DNA of 63,816 nt, filler included, from Craspedostauros australis (GCA_030167865.1; 19 parts of 19 records of this genome joined end to end with filler, not necessarily neighbours in it); one strand, 5' to 3'; positions 12,432-24,620 are shown, counted from the first letter of the whole stretch. A program made the numbers and translations. The notes: generated by a model not told the origin, from the letters alone.

Positions 12432-13508
12432 ATGGACAGCGACAGCGGGCCAATGCCACAACCCACATCGGAAACAGAGAGATCGAGGATCACAGGAAAC
12501 TTGATCCATGAAATCACACACGCACATGTTTCAAAAACAGAGGGGTGCATCATGGTGATGACAAAACAAAACCAAGACACCTCAAAGGAGGCACAGGCAT
12601 CGACCACAACAACAATGGCACACCACAAGAACAGGCCACCAAGTACAAGGAAGACCACCCCATGCCTGTCAGCAGGGCGTCTGCGCGTGAACACCAAGAC
12701 CACGCCTCAAACAACATCCATCCAGGGCAACAGGAGAATTTCCTCGACGCCCCATGCTTCAACGCCAACCCCTCCAATGCAGCAAGGTATGGACACTCAT
12801 CGGCAGATACCATCAAGGTGCACAACCAAGTCAGCACGCCCATCATCAAATCTTGTTGCAACAAGAAACAGGATGGCTTGTGCAAAGCCAGCTGCACTGC
12901 CACGGAAAACCAACCCAACAGGCACCTCAAAACTGGCATTCATCGAGCCTGCTGTTGAATGGCGCCACAGCAAGGCAAAGGAATTGCTTCGTGAAGCCAT
13001 CGTCAGAGGAGACATTTCAAAGGTGGGACAAAAGCGAGGCCAGAAGCAAAAAGAAAACAATCCTCCTCCACCACGGGAAGTCTATCATATGATACCGGAG
13101 CTTTCAAAGTATGATCCAGCAAAATTTGCAGGTCGTCTGAATACCCTCCGACGACAGATTGCCGCAAATGATGAACGGAAAGAGATTGACCAGCGTGCTT
13201 TTGACAACTATGCAAACAATCACACAAAACCAGCAACGAACCATCTTGGAGAACCACAATGGGAGGGATCAGATATCCAAACATCTCTGAAAACTGCAAT
13301 GAAGAACAACGAAGGCAATGGCATGACAATTCGGCAATTCTATGACTCCAAGGAGGTGTTCCAAACAGTGCCAATGGCCAAATTCAGAAATCATGTGGCA
13401 CAAGAGCAGCGCCTCCGCAAATACAAGAACTATTTGAGCAATAGAGAGCAGTCAAAGAATGACAAGATAGAGGCACTCCGAAGAAAGGGTGCATCGAAAA
13501 CAAAATAG
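12432..13508 (+). CDS. Basic protein with two tandem W-x-x-S three-helix (Myb/SANT/MADF-like) domains (putative accessory gene B)
   Basis: EWRHSKAKELLREAIVRG...VY...YDPAKFAGRLNTLR and PQWEGSDIQTSLK...FYDS...FRNHVAQE. The true start is uncertain. Confidence 0.6.
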   Translation: MDSDSGPMPQPTSETERSRITGNLIHEITHAHVSKTEGCIMVMTKQNQDTSKEAQASTTTTMAHHKNRPPSTRKTTPCLSAGRLRVNTKTTPQTTSIQGNRRISSTPHASTPTPPMQQGMDTHRQIPSRCTTKSARPSSNLVATRNRMACAKPAALPRKTNPTGTSKLAFIEPAVEWRHSKAKELLREAIVRGDISKVGQKRGQKQKENNPPPPREVYHMIPELSKYDPAKFAGRLNTLRRQIAANDERKEIDQRAFDNYANNHTKPATNHLGEPQWEGSDIQTSLKTAMKNNEGNGMTIRQFYDSKEVFQTVPMAKFRNHVAQEQRLRKYKNYLSNREQSKNDKIEALRRKGASKTK

Positions 13509-13809
13509 AGTAGAGTACTGCAGTATGGATTCCTGATATTGTGCAACTAGTTCTCCAATGATGTCTCTGATAGTTGTGTGGACAAGGGCAGTGGAGCGCG
13601 AAATTAGGCACTCTCTCCCTACTCCCTGCAAAGAACGGAAAATGCGTTGAGCTTGCAAGCGACAACACTAGTTGTGGAGTTTTGTGGGTGATGAGTCGTG
13701 TTAAAGTAGACTAAAATAGAGCACACCCAAAACCATCCACGCTGATTGCAGGACATCACTCTCCAAAGATGCTTCCTCGAGATGTGCCCCACGCTTCTGG
13801 GCTACTGTG

Positions 13810-13983
13810 AAAACGTGCCCTAAATAGGGCATCTTTTCAAAACGTGCTCTAAATAGGGCACCTTTTCAAAACGTGCTCTAAATAGGGCATCTTTTCAAAA
13901 CGTGCCCTAAATAGGGCATCTTTTCAAAACGTGCTCTAAATAGGGCACCTTTTCAACACGTGCCCTAAATTAGGGCACGTTTT
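13810..13983. repeat. Tandem array of six 29-bp palindromic units
   Basis: Unit AAAACGTGC(C/T)CTAAATAGGGCA(T/C)CTTTTC starts at 13810, 13839, 13868, 13897, 13926 and 13955. Confidence 0.95.
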
Positions 13984-14249
13984 GTTTCGCTGCAGCTGAG
14001 AGACATTTCAATCACGGATTGAAACTAAAAACTGTCGGAGACGACATCCAAACCGCGACTAAATAACTCGCATTCATGGCTGCAAATGTCCGTAAAAGCA
14101 ATTGTGTTGTTGTCCGTTAGTCCGATAGTCCGTTTTACCGGAAGCCCCNNNNNNNNNNNNNNNNNNNNNNNNNNNNNNNNNNNNNNNNNNNNTTAATTAA
14201 TTAANNNNNNNNNNNNNNNNNNNNNNNNNNNNNNNNNNNNNNNNNNNNG

Positions 14250-15054
14250 TGTCGAGATGTACATGTGAGTATATGTCGAGGTGTACGTGTATATGTGCAT
14301 CGTTCACCCGTTATTCTCTCATACGCACTTGGACGGTATAACTACATTCGTGTCGATAGTACACTGTGATTCGTCAGAATTACAGTGGAAATGGAACACA
14401 CGAAAAGGGGCAAGATTTCTGGAGGAAATTTGCAAACAACGATTTCTGAGAGAATTGGAAGATCGTCCGTCCATCCATCAATGGTACCAAGAGAATCTCG
14501 AGGTACTTCCCAACTAAACCTCAGATGANNNNNNNNNNNNNNNNNNNNNNNNNNNNNNNNNNNNNNNNNNNNNNNNGAGAGCAGAAGGACGCCTACTGAC
14601 GTCGACAGGATGTCATCGTGTCACCACGTCAACATCTGTCTCCAAGTCAGAGCAGGAGGCAAAGATCCGATGACCGAAGGACATCAGGATCATGGATACA
14701 GAAGGTGAACTTCAAATGGCAAGTACTCATGGAGTAGGAACCAGTACTGAATGAACGGAGTGTCGAATGTGGAGTACGCATCGAGCACGGAGTATCGTGT
14801 AGCATGAGCACACGATATTGAGAGAGAGAGAGAAAGAGAGAGAATACAGAGAGGGGCGAGAGAGCATCTCGTGTACTGACTCATAGTCGGAGACTGAATC
14901 TACAAAACAGATTGAAGCACCGAGAGCATCGGGCAAGAGAACGGGCGTACACCGAGAGGATTGGAGTAGCCAAGTAATGAAATAGCAAACAGACGACTAT
15001 CAACCAACACCATCTTCCACGATCGTAGGTTACCGTGAGCGGAACTTGCCAACA
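14250..15054 (+). mobile_element. LTR-like repeat family A (~800 bp), copy inserted in a Harbinger transposase
   Basis: TGTCGAG...GCCAACA; reverse complement of the copies at 27296 and 39966. Right flank TAGG; the only visible left-flank base is G, consistent with a TAGG TSD. Confidence 0.85.
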
Positions 15055-16091
15055 TAGGAAGGGGAGTGAGGAGGCGGCGGAAGGTCGCTGTGAGAGTATG
15101 ATTGCCCCCACTCTGCGCACTGACGCAAGTGTGTGAGAGTAGAGTTGTATGCAGAGTGCTTGTGCTGCTTGCTCTTCTTGACCTTGATCACTTTGCCCTT
15201 CAGATTCTTGGCGGTGCTGAAGGCGGCATCTGCAGCGACAGCTGTTCCCTTTGGGAGCTTCATGATGTGCTCGTAGATGTGCGCCCAGACACAGGACGTG
15301 GAATCGTGAAAGCTGCCGGGAGTGTTGACCGCACAGTTGACGACTCGCCCTTTCAAGTTCCAAACCAGCACGAGATTGCGGTTGACGTCCTTGGTCCACC
15401 CATTGAAGTCGCGGTTCTGCTCGGCGGGAAGCACTGGTGCGTGGCTGATGAGCTTCAAGCCATCAATCACTGCTACGACGCCAGGCGCAGCAGGGAAGGA
15501 CTTGCTGATGTCCTTCATGTCATCGAGGGCGTCATCGCTTCTATCCCAGAACACCTTGGCGAGGTCATGCATGATTAGTGCTTCTAGCACTGCGTCCATG
15601 CCCAAGTTGAGGTAGTCGTGGAAGACGCTAACGATGCAACCGAATTGGGGTGAGAGGTTCTTGAGCTCGGCCTTTGAAGTGAAATACTTCAAGACGATTG
15701 CAGTCACATCAATGTGCGTGAATCTGCGACGCTTCAGATCCCATTGACGCGGGGCCACAGATCGTTGGTTGACCGGAAGAGCCTCGATGGATGGCTTCAA
15801 GACAGCGGCGAGTTGGACGAAGGACTCCCTGGTGATGCCAACGAAGTTGTAGAACTCCATGGCATCACCATGTGCAAGAATGTTTTGCCAGAAGGTGCCG
15901 GTGTCATACGAGAAAACCCCTGAGCTCTTGTAGCGGCCTCTGCACAAAGCAGTGGGCAAGCTGTCGTGGAGGTAGTCGGCCACAGCGAACGTGAGAAGAC
16001 GCTGCTGTGCCATTAGTTGTTCGGCGATGATGATGAGGACGGTAGCGGTGGCTACCTCGCTGCGGCGTTGGAGGAAAGAGGAGTAATCCAT
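15055..16091 (-). pseudogene. PIF/Harbinger (HARBI1-like) transposase, frameshifted and truncated by repeat-A insertion
   Basis: IDGLKL, FNGW, NTPGSFHDS, ADAAF, LRQCAEWG. An extra G at ~15105-15109 shifts off the EWGNHTLTATFRRL..PLP continuation. Confidence 0.85.
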
Positions 16092-16386
16092 GATGATAGA
16101 GCAGATGCCAATAATATAACACGAAACGCAAATCATACCACAAGCTCTTGGAACAAGCTACATGAAGGAAGGCCACGACGTGCATGAAAGGAGATGGACA
16201 ATCGACATAGATTGATGGTGCATGCAAGGGAGGAAGTGGAGGGTCGCGTGACGATACTTGACCGACAGAGGTCGATAAAAACTGATGCCAACGCTTGTGA
16301 GGGAAGAAATCACATCGACTCGAAATTACCGTTGGAGGAGCGATTTGAGAGGAAGGCACGAGATGAGATCTCGACGAAAAGTGAGA

Positions 16387-16428
16387 GTTGAGTTATGAAC
16401 GGTCTTTTTGGGGCGTTCATAACTCAAC
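16387..16428. repeat. Perfect 15-bp inverted repeat with 12-nt loop
   Basis: GTTGAGTTATGAACG (16387-16401) and CGTTCATAACTCAAC (16414-16428). Confidence 0.85.
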
Positions 16429-16557
16429 ACCAGGATTTCATAATTTTTTCGATTGACGTTATACGCTCGTTTCGGTCCTGGTCACCCCCTGTTCGAAAGG
16501 TATCTTGTGTTCATAATGGAGTGATCTGATTGGCTTAGAAGCCGATAATATGAAATT

Positions 16558-16577
16558 ATGAGCCACGCAAACACCTC
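16558..16577 (-). mobile_element. Candidate 5' TIR of the Harbinger element
   Basis: Minus strand reads GAGGTGTTTGCGTGGCTCAT (PIF-like G..TGTTTG), flanked by CAG/CTG, about 490 bp upstream of the transposase ATG. The partner TIR is not in the window. Confidence 0.4.
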
Positions 16578-16761
16578 CAGTGGAACACCGCATGAAGATC
16601 AGCAACATTCCAGTGGCACGCCCGGTTAAGAGAATTGTGTGAGTGAGGCAAAGAATGCAAANNNNNNNNNNNNNNNNNNNNNNNNNNNNNNNNNNNNNNN
16701 NNNNNTTAATTAATTAANNNNNNNNNNNNNNNNNNNNNNNNNNNNNNNNNNNNNNNNNNNN

Positions 16762-18184
16762 GCACAAGAAGTCCAGATTCGAATGGATGCGACGACAACG
16801 AATCCGGGAGATCGTGGCGACGGACACCATATTCTCCAACGTCAAATCTTTTGGAGACGGATACTCCATGGCGCAAATCTTCTATGGAACATCCTCCCAC
16901 ATGATCAACGCATACGGCCTGAAGAAGAAAGAAGGGGTCTTCGTCGCCTTCCAGGATTTCATCAGGACAGAGGGGGCACCATGGGCCTTCCACAGCGACA
17001 ACGCGAAGGAACAGACCGGAGAAAAGGTCCTCAAGCTTCTTAGGGACCTCCACATCAAATCAAGGCTGACAGAACCGCANNNNNNNNNNNNNNNNNNNNN
17101 NNNNNNNNNNNNNNNNNNNNNNNNNNNNNNNNNNNNNNNNNNNNNNNNNNNNCGGACAGGGGCACCACCAAAAGCATGGTTCCACGCTTTCCGATACATG
17201 TGCTACGTGCACAACCACACATCAGACCCGTCCCTACGATACGCGATCCCATACACCGTACGACATGGAGAAACCGTCGACATCTCTGCGCTCTTGACCT
17301 TCCAATTCTACGAGAAGGTCTTGTACCATGACCCCAACGCTTCCTTTCCGAACTCGAAGGAGAAGTCAGGATACTGGCTTGGTGTGGCAGAATCCCATGG
17401 GGACTTCCTCACATACCACGTGCTAGATGACGAATCTCGACGTGTACTGGTACGAAGCGTGGTTCGCCCCTTCAGGAAGGGTATAAACAACAACAGGTGT
17501 GTCACCTTCGACCAAGACATGGACCCCGAGGCGGATAACCCTAGCACACGGACCCTGCTGGAACTGTCCGGTACCCCACAAGGACGGAAGACCAAGATCC
17601 CACCTAAGAGAGGGTACGCAGCGACGGCCAAGACGACACACCCGCGGGCATGGGAGCACAAGACCGACAAACTGGCGCGACCCACCAGGATCCCTGATTC
17701 AGGGGAGGCACGGAACACAGGACCCGTCACCCAATCCCAAACGCTAACCAAACGGACAGCGAAGACACCCACGACGCGTACCACCGGGAAGGACAATCCG
17801 CGAACGAGCCCCGATGCGCCAGACAGGGGAGACTCTGACCCAGGGTCTTCGTATCTTCCATGTTCCTCAGGACCACCATCATACCAACGCATGGATAACG
17901 GCCCCAAAGAAAGGGGAGGGAATAAGAGGACCAAGCAAAACAAACGATCTGTTTTGTCAACAGGTACCAGGAAAGGCATCCCATGGAAGAACATTGTCCA
18001 TGGAACGATCAGATCCATAATCCAGACCATCGCAGCGGACCCAGTCACGACAGGCGTGAACACCGTGCCACCGCAAAGGGTACCCACCCTAACAAACCAT
18101 CCAGGGAACCCGAAGCAGAACCCACCAGGGTGCAACACGAACATCCCATGGGACACGACATCCATCTCTTTTGCCTGCAACCTC
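16762..18184 (+). mobile_element. Ty1/copia (CoDi-like) integrase fragment
   Basis: VATDTIFS, FHSDNAKEQ, TGAPPKAW, DISALLTFQFYEKV, GYWLGVAESHGD. Confidence 0.85.
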
Positions 18185-18284
18185 NNNNNNNNNNNNNNNN
18201 NNNNNNNNNNNNNNNNNNNNNNNNNNNNTTAATTAATTAANNNNNNNNNNNNNNNNNNNNNNNNNNNNNNNNNNNNNNNNNNNN

Positions 18285-19395
18285 GGAATACGTATGTGTA
18301 TACGTGGACGATCTCATGGCGGTCATGTCTGACCCACGCTCCTTCTTCGACACTCTCACTTCGCAGTACGGCTACAAGCTCAAGGGCGTCGGCCCCATCT
18401 CCTACCATCTAGGAGCAGACTTTGGAAGAGACAACGACGGCACAATGAAAATCAGCGCGCGTTCCTACATCAAACGCATGCTCACGAACTACGAACAGAT
18501 GTTCGACGGACCACCCAACAAGACCAGCTGCCCCATGGACAAAGACGACAGTCCTGAGCTCGATACGACACCCGAGCTCGGGGAGATCGATCGAACCAAG
18601 TACATGTCGTTGATCGGAGCACTCCAATGGTGTGTGTCTCTGGGAAGNNNNNNNNNNNNNNNNNNNNNNATGACTCTCTCCCGTTTCCGTGCATCACCAA
18701 GAGCAGGACACATGGACAGAGTGAAACGCATCTACGGGTACCTTCGCAAATACCCAGACGCCTCCATCCGCTTCCGAACCGGAATCCCCAACCATGAAGA
18801 ACACTACGACATCCCACAGCACGAATGGATGTATTCTGTGTACGGACCCAACCGAGAGGAGCTGCCGGCGGATGCACCAACAGCCAAAGGCAAACCCGTA
18901 CGTACCACGACTTTCGTTGATGCAAATCTCATGCACTGCAAGGTGACTGGGAAATCAGCAACTGGTATCGTGCATCTCATCAACCAAACACCCATCGAAT
19001 GGTTCTCGAAGCGACAGTCCACCGTGGAAACGGCCACCTACGGATCAGAATTCGTAGCAGCACGGTTGGCAACCGAACAAATCCTATCCATCCGCCTGAT
19101 GCTGTGCGAAATGGGAATACCTGTGGATGGCCCAAGCTGGCTCTTTGGTGACAACCAGAGCGTAGTCACATCCTCCACCATCCCAACCAGTGTACTATCC
19201 AAGAGACACAACGCNCTGGCCTACCACCGAGTCCGATCGGCCATCGCNGCTGGNACNATGTACTTCATCAAGATCAAGGGAAACCAGAACATCGCCGACA
19301 TCCTCACGAAATTCCTTCCACGATCGGTTTTCTGGGACCTCATCCAACCACTGTTGTTCTGGAAGGGCAACACCGATCCCAATCACAACAAGTGA
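18285..19395 (+). mobile_element. Ty1/copia RT-RNase H fragment
   Basis: YVDDL, YHLGADF, FVDAN, TYGSEFVAA, GDNQSV, ADILTK. Confidence 0.92.
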
Positions 19396-19420
19396 CTGCG
19401 AAAAGATACGTTTCGGGGAG

Positions 19421-19664
19421 TATTAGCACAACGCTTTATTCACCTGATTCGTTTTCTGATTAGTCTGTCCTTGTATGTGCTGAAACGATGCTTTACTCCG
19501 ACACATGCTTTTTGGCATAAGAGGGACACACTAGAGAGAACATCAGAGATTCGGTCTGGCCACCACCCGGCAAACATATGATGCCCAATTCGACCTGATA
19601 TACTTCCCAACTAAACCTGAAATGACAACACACCCGACGACCTCAAGCATCATCAATGGAATGT
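19421..19664 (+). mobile_element. Start of putative 3' LTR after PPT GGGGAG
   Basis: CGGGGAG at 19414-19420 follows the pol stop. 19601-19664 is similar to repeat family A (TACTTCCCAACTAAACCT...CAATGGAA). Confidence 0.5.
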
Positions 19665-19764
19665 NNNNNNNNNNNNNNNNNNNNNNNNNNNNNNNNNNNN
19701 NNNNNNNNTTAATTAATTAANNNNNNNNNNNNNNNNNNNNNNNNNNNNNNNNNNNNNNNNNNNN

Positions 19765-21543
19765 TGATGTCGGATTCGAAGTAGGCGAATCCGTCGCAAC
19801 GCTTGGCGCTGACGAAGGCTTTGCTGACGGCGATTCACTTCCCCTTCTTGTCGGTGCTGATGTTGGATTTGCTGTCGGTGATTCCGTCGCAACACTTGGA
19901 GACAACGATGGTGCGGTCGAAGGCGATTCGCTGTGTTTTTCAGTTGGCGCAGATGTTGGATTGGAAGTAGGCGAATCCATCGCAACACTTGGAGTTGCTG
20001 ATGGTGTGACAGACGGTGATACGCTGTTCTTCTTTGTTGGAGCCGATGTTGGGCTACTCGTCGGCGTCGCAGTTATCACGGTGGGTGCCGATGTTGGGTC
20101 GGAAGTTGGCGATTCTGATGCAACACTTGGCGCTGACGTTGGAGCGCTGGTCGGCATCACCGTTGCGTCGCTTGGTGCTGATGATGGCTCTTCCGATGGA
20201 GATCCGCTATCTTCTTGCGTCGGGGTTGACGAAAGATCTTGTGACGGAATGAACGAAGGTGACACTGATTCAGAACTTGGTGCGTCTGACTCTGACGAAG
20301 GCTCGACACTGGACATCGTGGGAAGTTCGCTTGTCTCGCTTGGCGTCAACGAGGGGACAGATGATGGAGAAGCACTTGACAGAGTCGGTATCTCTGACGG
20401 GAATCCGCTTCCTGCGATCGGTACCGCGGACGGTGTCGCGCTTGGAGAATCACTTGACGCACTGGGTGTCAATGACGGGGTTGGCGATGGCATCTCGCTA
20501 CCTGATGGAACCTCGCTGGACTTTGTCGGTGCTGCACTTGGTACCTCGCTCTGCAGCGACGGCATCGCAGAAGGCGATCTACTCGGGACATCACTGGATG
20601 CACTCGGTGTTGATGATGGTGCTGAGGATGGTGCTGATGATGGAGACTCACCATTTGATGGCAAGCTGCTCGGCACATCACTTGACGCACTGGGTGTCGA
20701 TGACGGGGTTGGCGATGGCATCTCGCTACCTGATGGAACCTCGCTGGACTCTGTCGGTGCTGCACTTGGTACCTCACTCTGCAGCGACGGCATCGCAGAA
20801 GGCGCGAACGAAGGCGACCTACTCGGGACATCACTGGATGCACTCGGTGTTGACGATGGTGTTGACGATGGTGCTGATGATGGAGACTCACCGTTTGATG
20901 GCAAGCTGCTCGGCACATCACTTGACGCACTGGGTGTCGATGATGGGGTTGGCGATGGCATCTCGCTACCTGATGGAACCTCGCTGGACTTTGTCGGTGC
21001 TGCACTTGGTACCTCACTTTGTAGCGACGGCATTACAGAAGGCACGGACGAAGGCGACCTACTCGGGACATCACTGGATGCACTCGGTGTTGATGATGGT
21101 GCTGAGGATGGTGCTGATGATGGAGACTCACCATCTGATGGCAAGCTGCTCGGCACATCACTTGACGCACTGGGTGTCGATGACGGCGCCGCAGATGGCG
21201 ACTCACTGCCAGACGGATTTCCGCTCGGAGCTCGACTGTTCGAAGAGGTACTGCTCGGAACATTACTTGACGCACTCGGCTGTGTTGATGGTGCCGATGA
21301 TGGTGTTTCACTGCTCGATGGTTGGGCACTTGGAATCTCACTGGATGCACTGGGCTGTGCTGACGGTGCAGAGGATGGAGACTCACTTCCGGATGGCCGT
21401 GCACTTGGAACATCACTCGATGTGCTCGGGATGGATGATGGTGTCAGTGACGGATTTCCACTTGGGACATCACTGGATGCGCTCGGCGTCAATGTAGGCA
21501 TCGTTGATGGCATCTGACTGGTTGAAGGTGCGCTACTCGGCAC
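19765..21543 (-). CDS. Mucin-like Ser/Pro/Thr-repeat protein, upstream part (partial)
   Basis: Open across the whole contig with PSxxPS repeats and ~240-bp tandem units. Confidence 0.85.
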
Positions 21544-21643
21544 NNNNNNNNNNNNNNNNNNNNNNNNNNNNNNNNNNNNNNNNNNNNTTAATTAATTAAN
21601 NNNNNNNNNNNNNNNNNNNNNNNNNNNNNNNNNNNNNNNNNNN

Positions 21644-23596
21644 CGCAGGAAGCGGATTCCCGTCAGAGATACCGACTCTGTCAAGTGCTTCTCCATCATC
21701 TGTCCCCTCGTTGACGCCAAGCGAGACAAGCGAACTTCCCACGATGTCCAGTGTCGAGCCTTCGTCAGAGTCAGACGCACCAAGTTCTGAATCAGTGTCA
21801 CCTTCGTTCATTCCGTCACAAGATCTTTCGTCAACCCCGACGCAAGAAGATAGCGGATCTCCATCGGAAGAGCCATCATCAGCACCAAGCGACGCAACGG
21901 TGATGCCGACCAGCGCTCCAACGTCAGCGCCAAGTGTTGCATCAGAATCGCCAACTTCCGACCCAACATCGGCACCCACCGTGATAACTGCGACGCCGAC
22001 GAGTAGCCCAACATCGGCTCCAACAAAGAAGAACAGCGTATCACCGTCTGTCACACCATCAGCAACTCCAAGTGTTGCGATGGATTCGCCTACTTCCAAT
22101 CCAACATCTGCGCCAACTGAAAAACACAGCGAATCGCCTTCGACCGCACCATCGTTGTCTCCAAGTGTTGCGACGGAATCACCGACAGCAAATCCAACAT
22201 CAGCACCGACAAGAAGGGGAAGTGAATCGCCGTCAGCAAAGCCTTCGTCAGCGCCAAGCGTTGCGACGGATTCGCCTACTTCGAATCCGACATCAACGCC
22301 GACAGAGAAGCACAGCGAGTCACCATCAAGAGCTCCATCGTCATCTCCAAGTGCTACGACGGAATCTCCAACAGCAAATCCAACATCTGCACCAACCGTA
22401 ACAACTGCGACGCCGACGAGTAGCCCAACTTCAGCGCCAACAGAGAAGCACAGCGAATCGCCTTCGACCACACCATCGTCATCTCCAAGTGCTGCGACGG
22501 AATCTCCGACAGCAAATCCGACATCAGCACCGACAAAGAAGCACAGCGAGTCACCATCAAGAGCTCCATCGTCATCTCCAAGTGCTGCGACGGAATCTCC
22601 GACAGAAACTCCAACATCAGCACCAACAGATAAGCACAGCGAATCACCGTCTGTCGCACCCTCAGCAACTCCAAGTGCTGCGACGGATTCGCCCACTTCA
22701 AATCCAACATCTACACCAACAGAGAGGCACAGCGACTCGCCTTCTGCTGCTCCGTCATCGAAGCCAAGTATCGCGACTGATTCACCCACTTCGAACCCAA
22801 CATCGGCGCCAACTGTGACAACAGCAACACCAACGAGTACCCCAACATCGGCTCCAACAGAGAAGCACAGCGAATCACCGTCAGTCACACCATCAGCAAC
22901 CCCAAGTATCGCGACTGATTCACCCACTTCGAACCCAACATCGGCGCCAACTGTGACAACAGCAACGCCGACAAGCAACCCAACATCGGCTCCAACAGAG
23001 AAGCACAGCGAATCACCGTCAGTCACACCATCAGCAACTCCAAGTGTTGCGACGGATTCGCCTACTTCGAATCCGACATCAGCGCCGACAGATAAGCACA
23101 GCGAGTCACCATCAAGAGCTCCATCGTCATCTCCAAGTGCTACGACGGAATCTCCGACAGCAAATCCAACATCGGCGCCAACCGTAACAACTGCGACGCC
23201 GACGAGTAGCCCAACTTCAGCGCCAACAGAGAAGCACAGCGAATCGCCTTCGACCACACCATCGTCATCTCCAAGTGCTGCGACGGAATCTCCGACAGCA
23301 AATCCGACATCAGCACCGACAAAGAAGCACAGCGAGTCACCATCAAGAGCTCCATCGTCATCTCCAAGTGCTGCGACGGAATCTCCGACAGAAACTCCAA
23401 CATCAGCACCAACAGATAAGCACAGCGAATCACCGTCTGTCGCACCCTCAGCAACTCCAAGTGCTGCGACGGATTCGCCCACTTCAAATCCAACATCTAC
23501 ACCAACAGAGAGGCACAGCGACTCGCCTTCTGCTGCTCCGTCATCGAAGCCAAGTATCGCGACTGATTCACCCACTTCGAACCCAACATCGGCGCC
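21644..23596 (+). CDS. Mucin-like PT/PS-repeat protein, downstream part (partial; overlaps previous contig)
   Basis: Open across the contig with APTEKHSESPS / PTSNPTSAP units and a 786-bp near-exact duplication. The first ~650 bp are the reverse complement of 19765-20417. Confidence 0.85.
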
Positions 23597-24620
23597 NNNN
23601 NNNNNNNNNNNNNNNNNNNNNNNNNNNNNNNNNNNNNNNNTTAATTAATTAANNNNNNNNNNNNNNNNNNNNNNNNNNNNNNNNNNNNNNNNNNNNCATT
23701 CGTGAATGACAATATGGAGTGGTGGCCCCAGAGAAACAAGCATATCTCGACAACTACCTATCCAATCGCCGCCAAACTTGAAGAGGGGGATTAAAAGCCA
23801 CACATTATAGTGTTCACCAAAGGAGAGCTCAAACAAACGGAGCGGCATGGACTTGCCGAGGAGGTTTGTGTCAAAAATGGTAGTTTTGGGGCCACTTCGT
23901 GTGGGACTGACGTACAAAATGTACCAGCGTCTACGGCGAAATTGACTCATACGACTAGTTACCAATTGTTACCAATGGTTACCAAAAAAATTGGCCTCCA
24001 CCCAAGCCAAAAGACACTAGTACGTAGACGTACCATTTCCGTTCACGAATATCGCAACAGTGGGAACAGCTGCTCAGTCCACCGAGACAACAATTAGACA
24101 TTCGCACATTCACCATAACGAAACTTCAACACCTCTTGATGACGTTGTGCTGTTACTCTGTGCTCTTCTGCCCGGATCAGCCCAGGAAGTTTACAAGTCA
24201 CATCCGCATTGTGGTGATGTTGGTTGTGGCTCACGGCATCCCCGTTACGAGTATGTACGTGCCGCCGATTGCATCAAGTTATTACACGCATGAAACCCAA
24301 AAGAGTTGTGAAAGCGTAAGAACGCAGATTATGAGTGTTATGGAGACCTTCTTGCACGCTGAGTTACGTGGCTGTTGCTACCTGATTGGTTGACACCTGT
24401 GTCCACGTTGTAACGCCGATTTAACCGTTTCACATGCATCCTGGTTTGGTCCCCTCGATTCGCGGTGGCTATGCTGGCCGTCGTATCGTCTTAGTTCGGT
24501 TTGTATTGGGATGTACCTGCTGTATGCCCCACGTTTGGACACCACAGGACGCTCAATCCATCGACCATGACACGTATTCACAGTCGACCACCCGCTGGAT
24601 GTTGTTGCGCAAAGGAACGA

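Noticed and set aside
13810..13983. CRISPR array (29-bp palindromic repeats)
   Set aside because: The units are directly adjacent with no unique spacers, no cas genes are present, and the context is eukaryotic.
19765..22295. Large inverted repeat or palindrome
   Set aside because: The two arms are on different contigs; it is best explained as an assembly overlap in opposite orientation.
19961..23575. Long G/V/D/A-rich ORFs (19961+, 20259+, 21596-)
   Set aside because: These are antisense or alternate-frame shadows of the repetitive S/T/P coding sequence.
24127..24456. 3' LTR boundary of the 24621-27173 copia
   Set aside because: There are two competing PPT candidates (GAGGGGA near 24450; AAGAGG-TGTTG at 24131) and no second LTR to decide between them.
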